The notes beneath the pieces are model-generated. The model saw only the letters and a program-made list of their open reading frames with translations, did no database searches and was not told the origin of the DNA. This document shows positions 63,488 through 64,000 of a stretch of 64,000 nt of DNA, piece after piece; position 1 is the stretch's first letter; each line of letters begins with the position of its first letter. The position numbers and the translations under genes were made by a program. The stretch lies in contig NC_134033.1 in NCBI RefSeq assembly GCF_964204645.1, positions 15,136,655 to 15,200,654 on the forward strand, read 5' to 3'. Origin of the DNA: Tubulanus polymorphus (lineage: Eukaryota; Animalia; Nemertea).

Positions 63488-64000
63488 GTAAGTATAATTG
63501 TATTTTGATACCAGTCTACTTCATATCAGGTTCAAATCCTCATTAACGAACAATTCTTTTTAATTTCATCAATTTTCAATTCCCTACAGTTTTAATGTGA
63601 AGTATACTGCTAGGCAGAAAACCCATTATCGCTGCTTTGCAGCTATATTTAAAATTCAAAATCACTCCATATATCCATACCCTATTCACAGTTTTCGGAG
63701 TCGAACTTGAATAGAAGCAAATTTTGAATCTTGTATAAAATCAATCATCTACCATAGACATGTCAACTAGAAGTATTAATCTAGTTTATACGTACATGGT
63801 CAAACTTAGATTCTGAAGTTGAAGCAATTGGAAATTGACTCAAGAGTTAACTCATTGAAAATGAATTCATTTTAACTCAGAGTTAAAATCAGAACTGTGA
63901 AACTCTGGATCCAGTTGTTTATGATGTCAAATCATTTACAATGATGGTTCCTGGGCTTTATCTCTGAAAAAGGGAAGATATTATTTCTGTTTGTCTGGCT

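Overview
AT-rich, intron-rich animal (bilaterian, probably lophotrochozoan-like invertebrate) genomic DNA; not prokaryotic, no CRISPR. Recognisable genes: (1) the 5' part of discs large 1 (dlg1/SAP97; L27 domain) on the minus strand, exons at 15890-15920, 13350-13481, 4324-4451 and 2365-2571, continuing out of the window to the left; (2) a spliced, unprocessed LRRK2 pseudogene fragment (ankyrin region plus linker; 8 exons, 16928-34617, + strand) with two premature stops; (3) a 7TM class-A GPCR of the FMRFamide-receptor-like group (39236-40470, - strand); (4) the 5' exons of a plasma-membrane Na+/H+ exchanger (SLC9A/NHE; 53833-63487, + strand). The most unusual region is the 15-kb first intron of the LRRK2 fragment (17031-32142). 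It holds a family of paralogous antisense spliced loci: one with tandem exons separated by near-identical 61-nt introns, four of them each carrying its own short ORF (MRKTQFEINYSSKIDQLEQCTDEAN), and one with a ~185-bp imperfect inverted repeat built from an RTE-like retrotransposon 3' end whose substitutions are strongly biased to G:U pairs on the minus strand (candidate hairpin-RNA/endo-siRNA locus). The rest is MITEs (piggyBac-, PIF/Harbinger- and hAT-like), minisatellites, microsatellites, a tRNA-derived element and CTCF-like motifs. All alignments and counts were done by eye; reference protein sequences are recalled, not searched.
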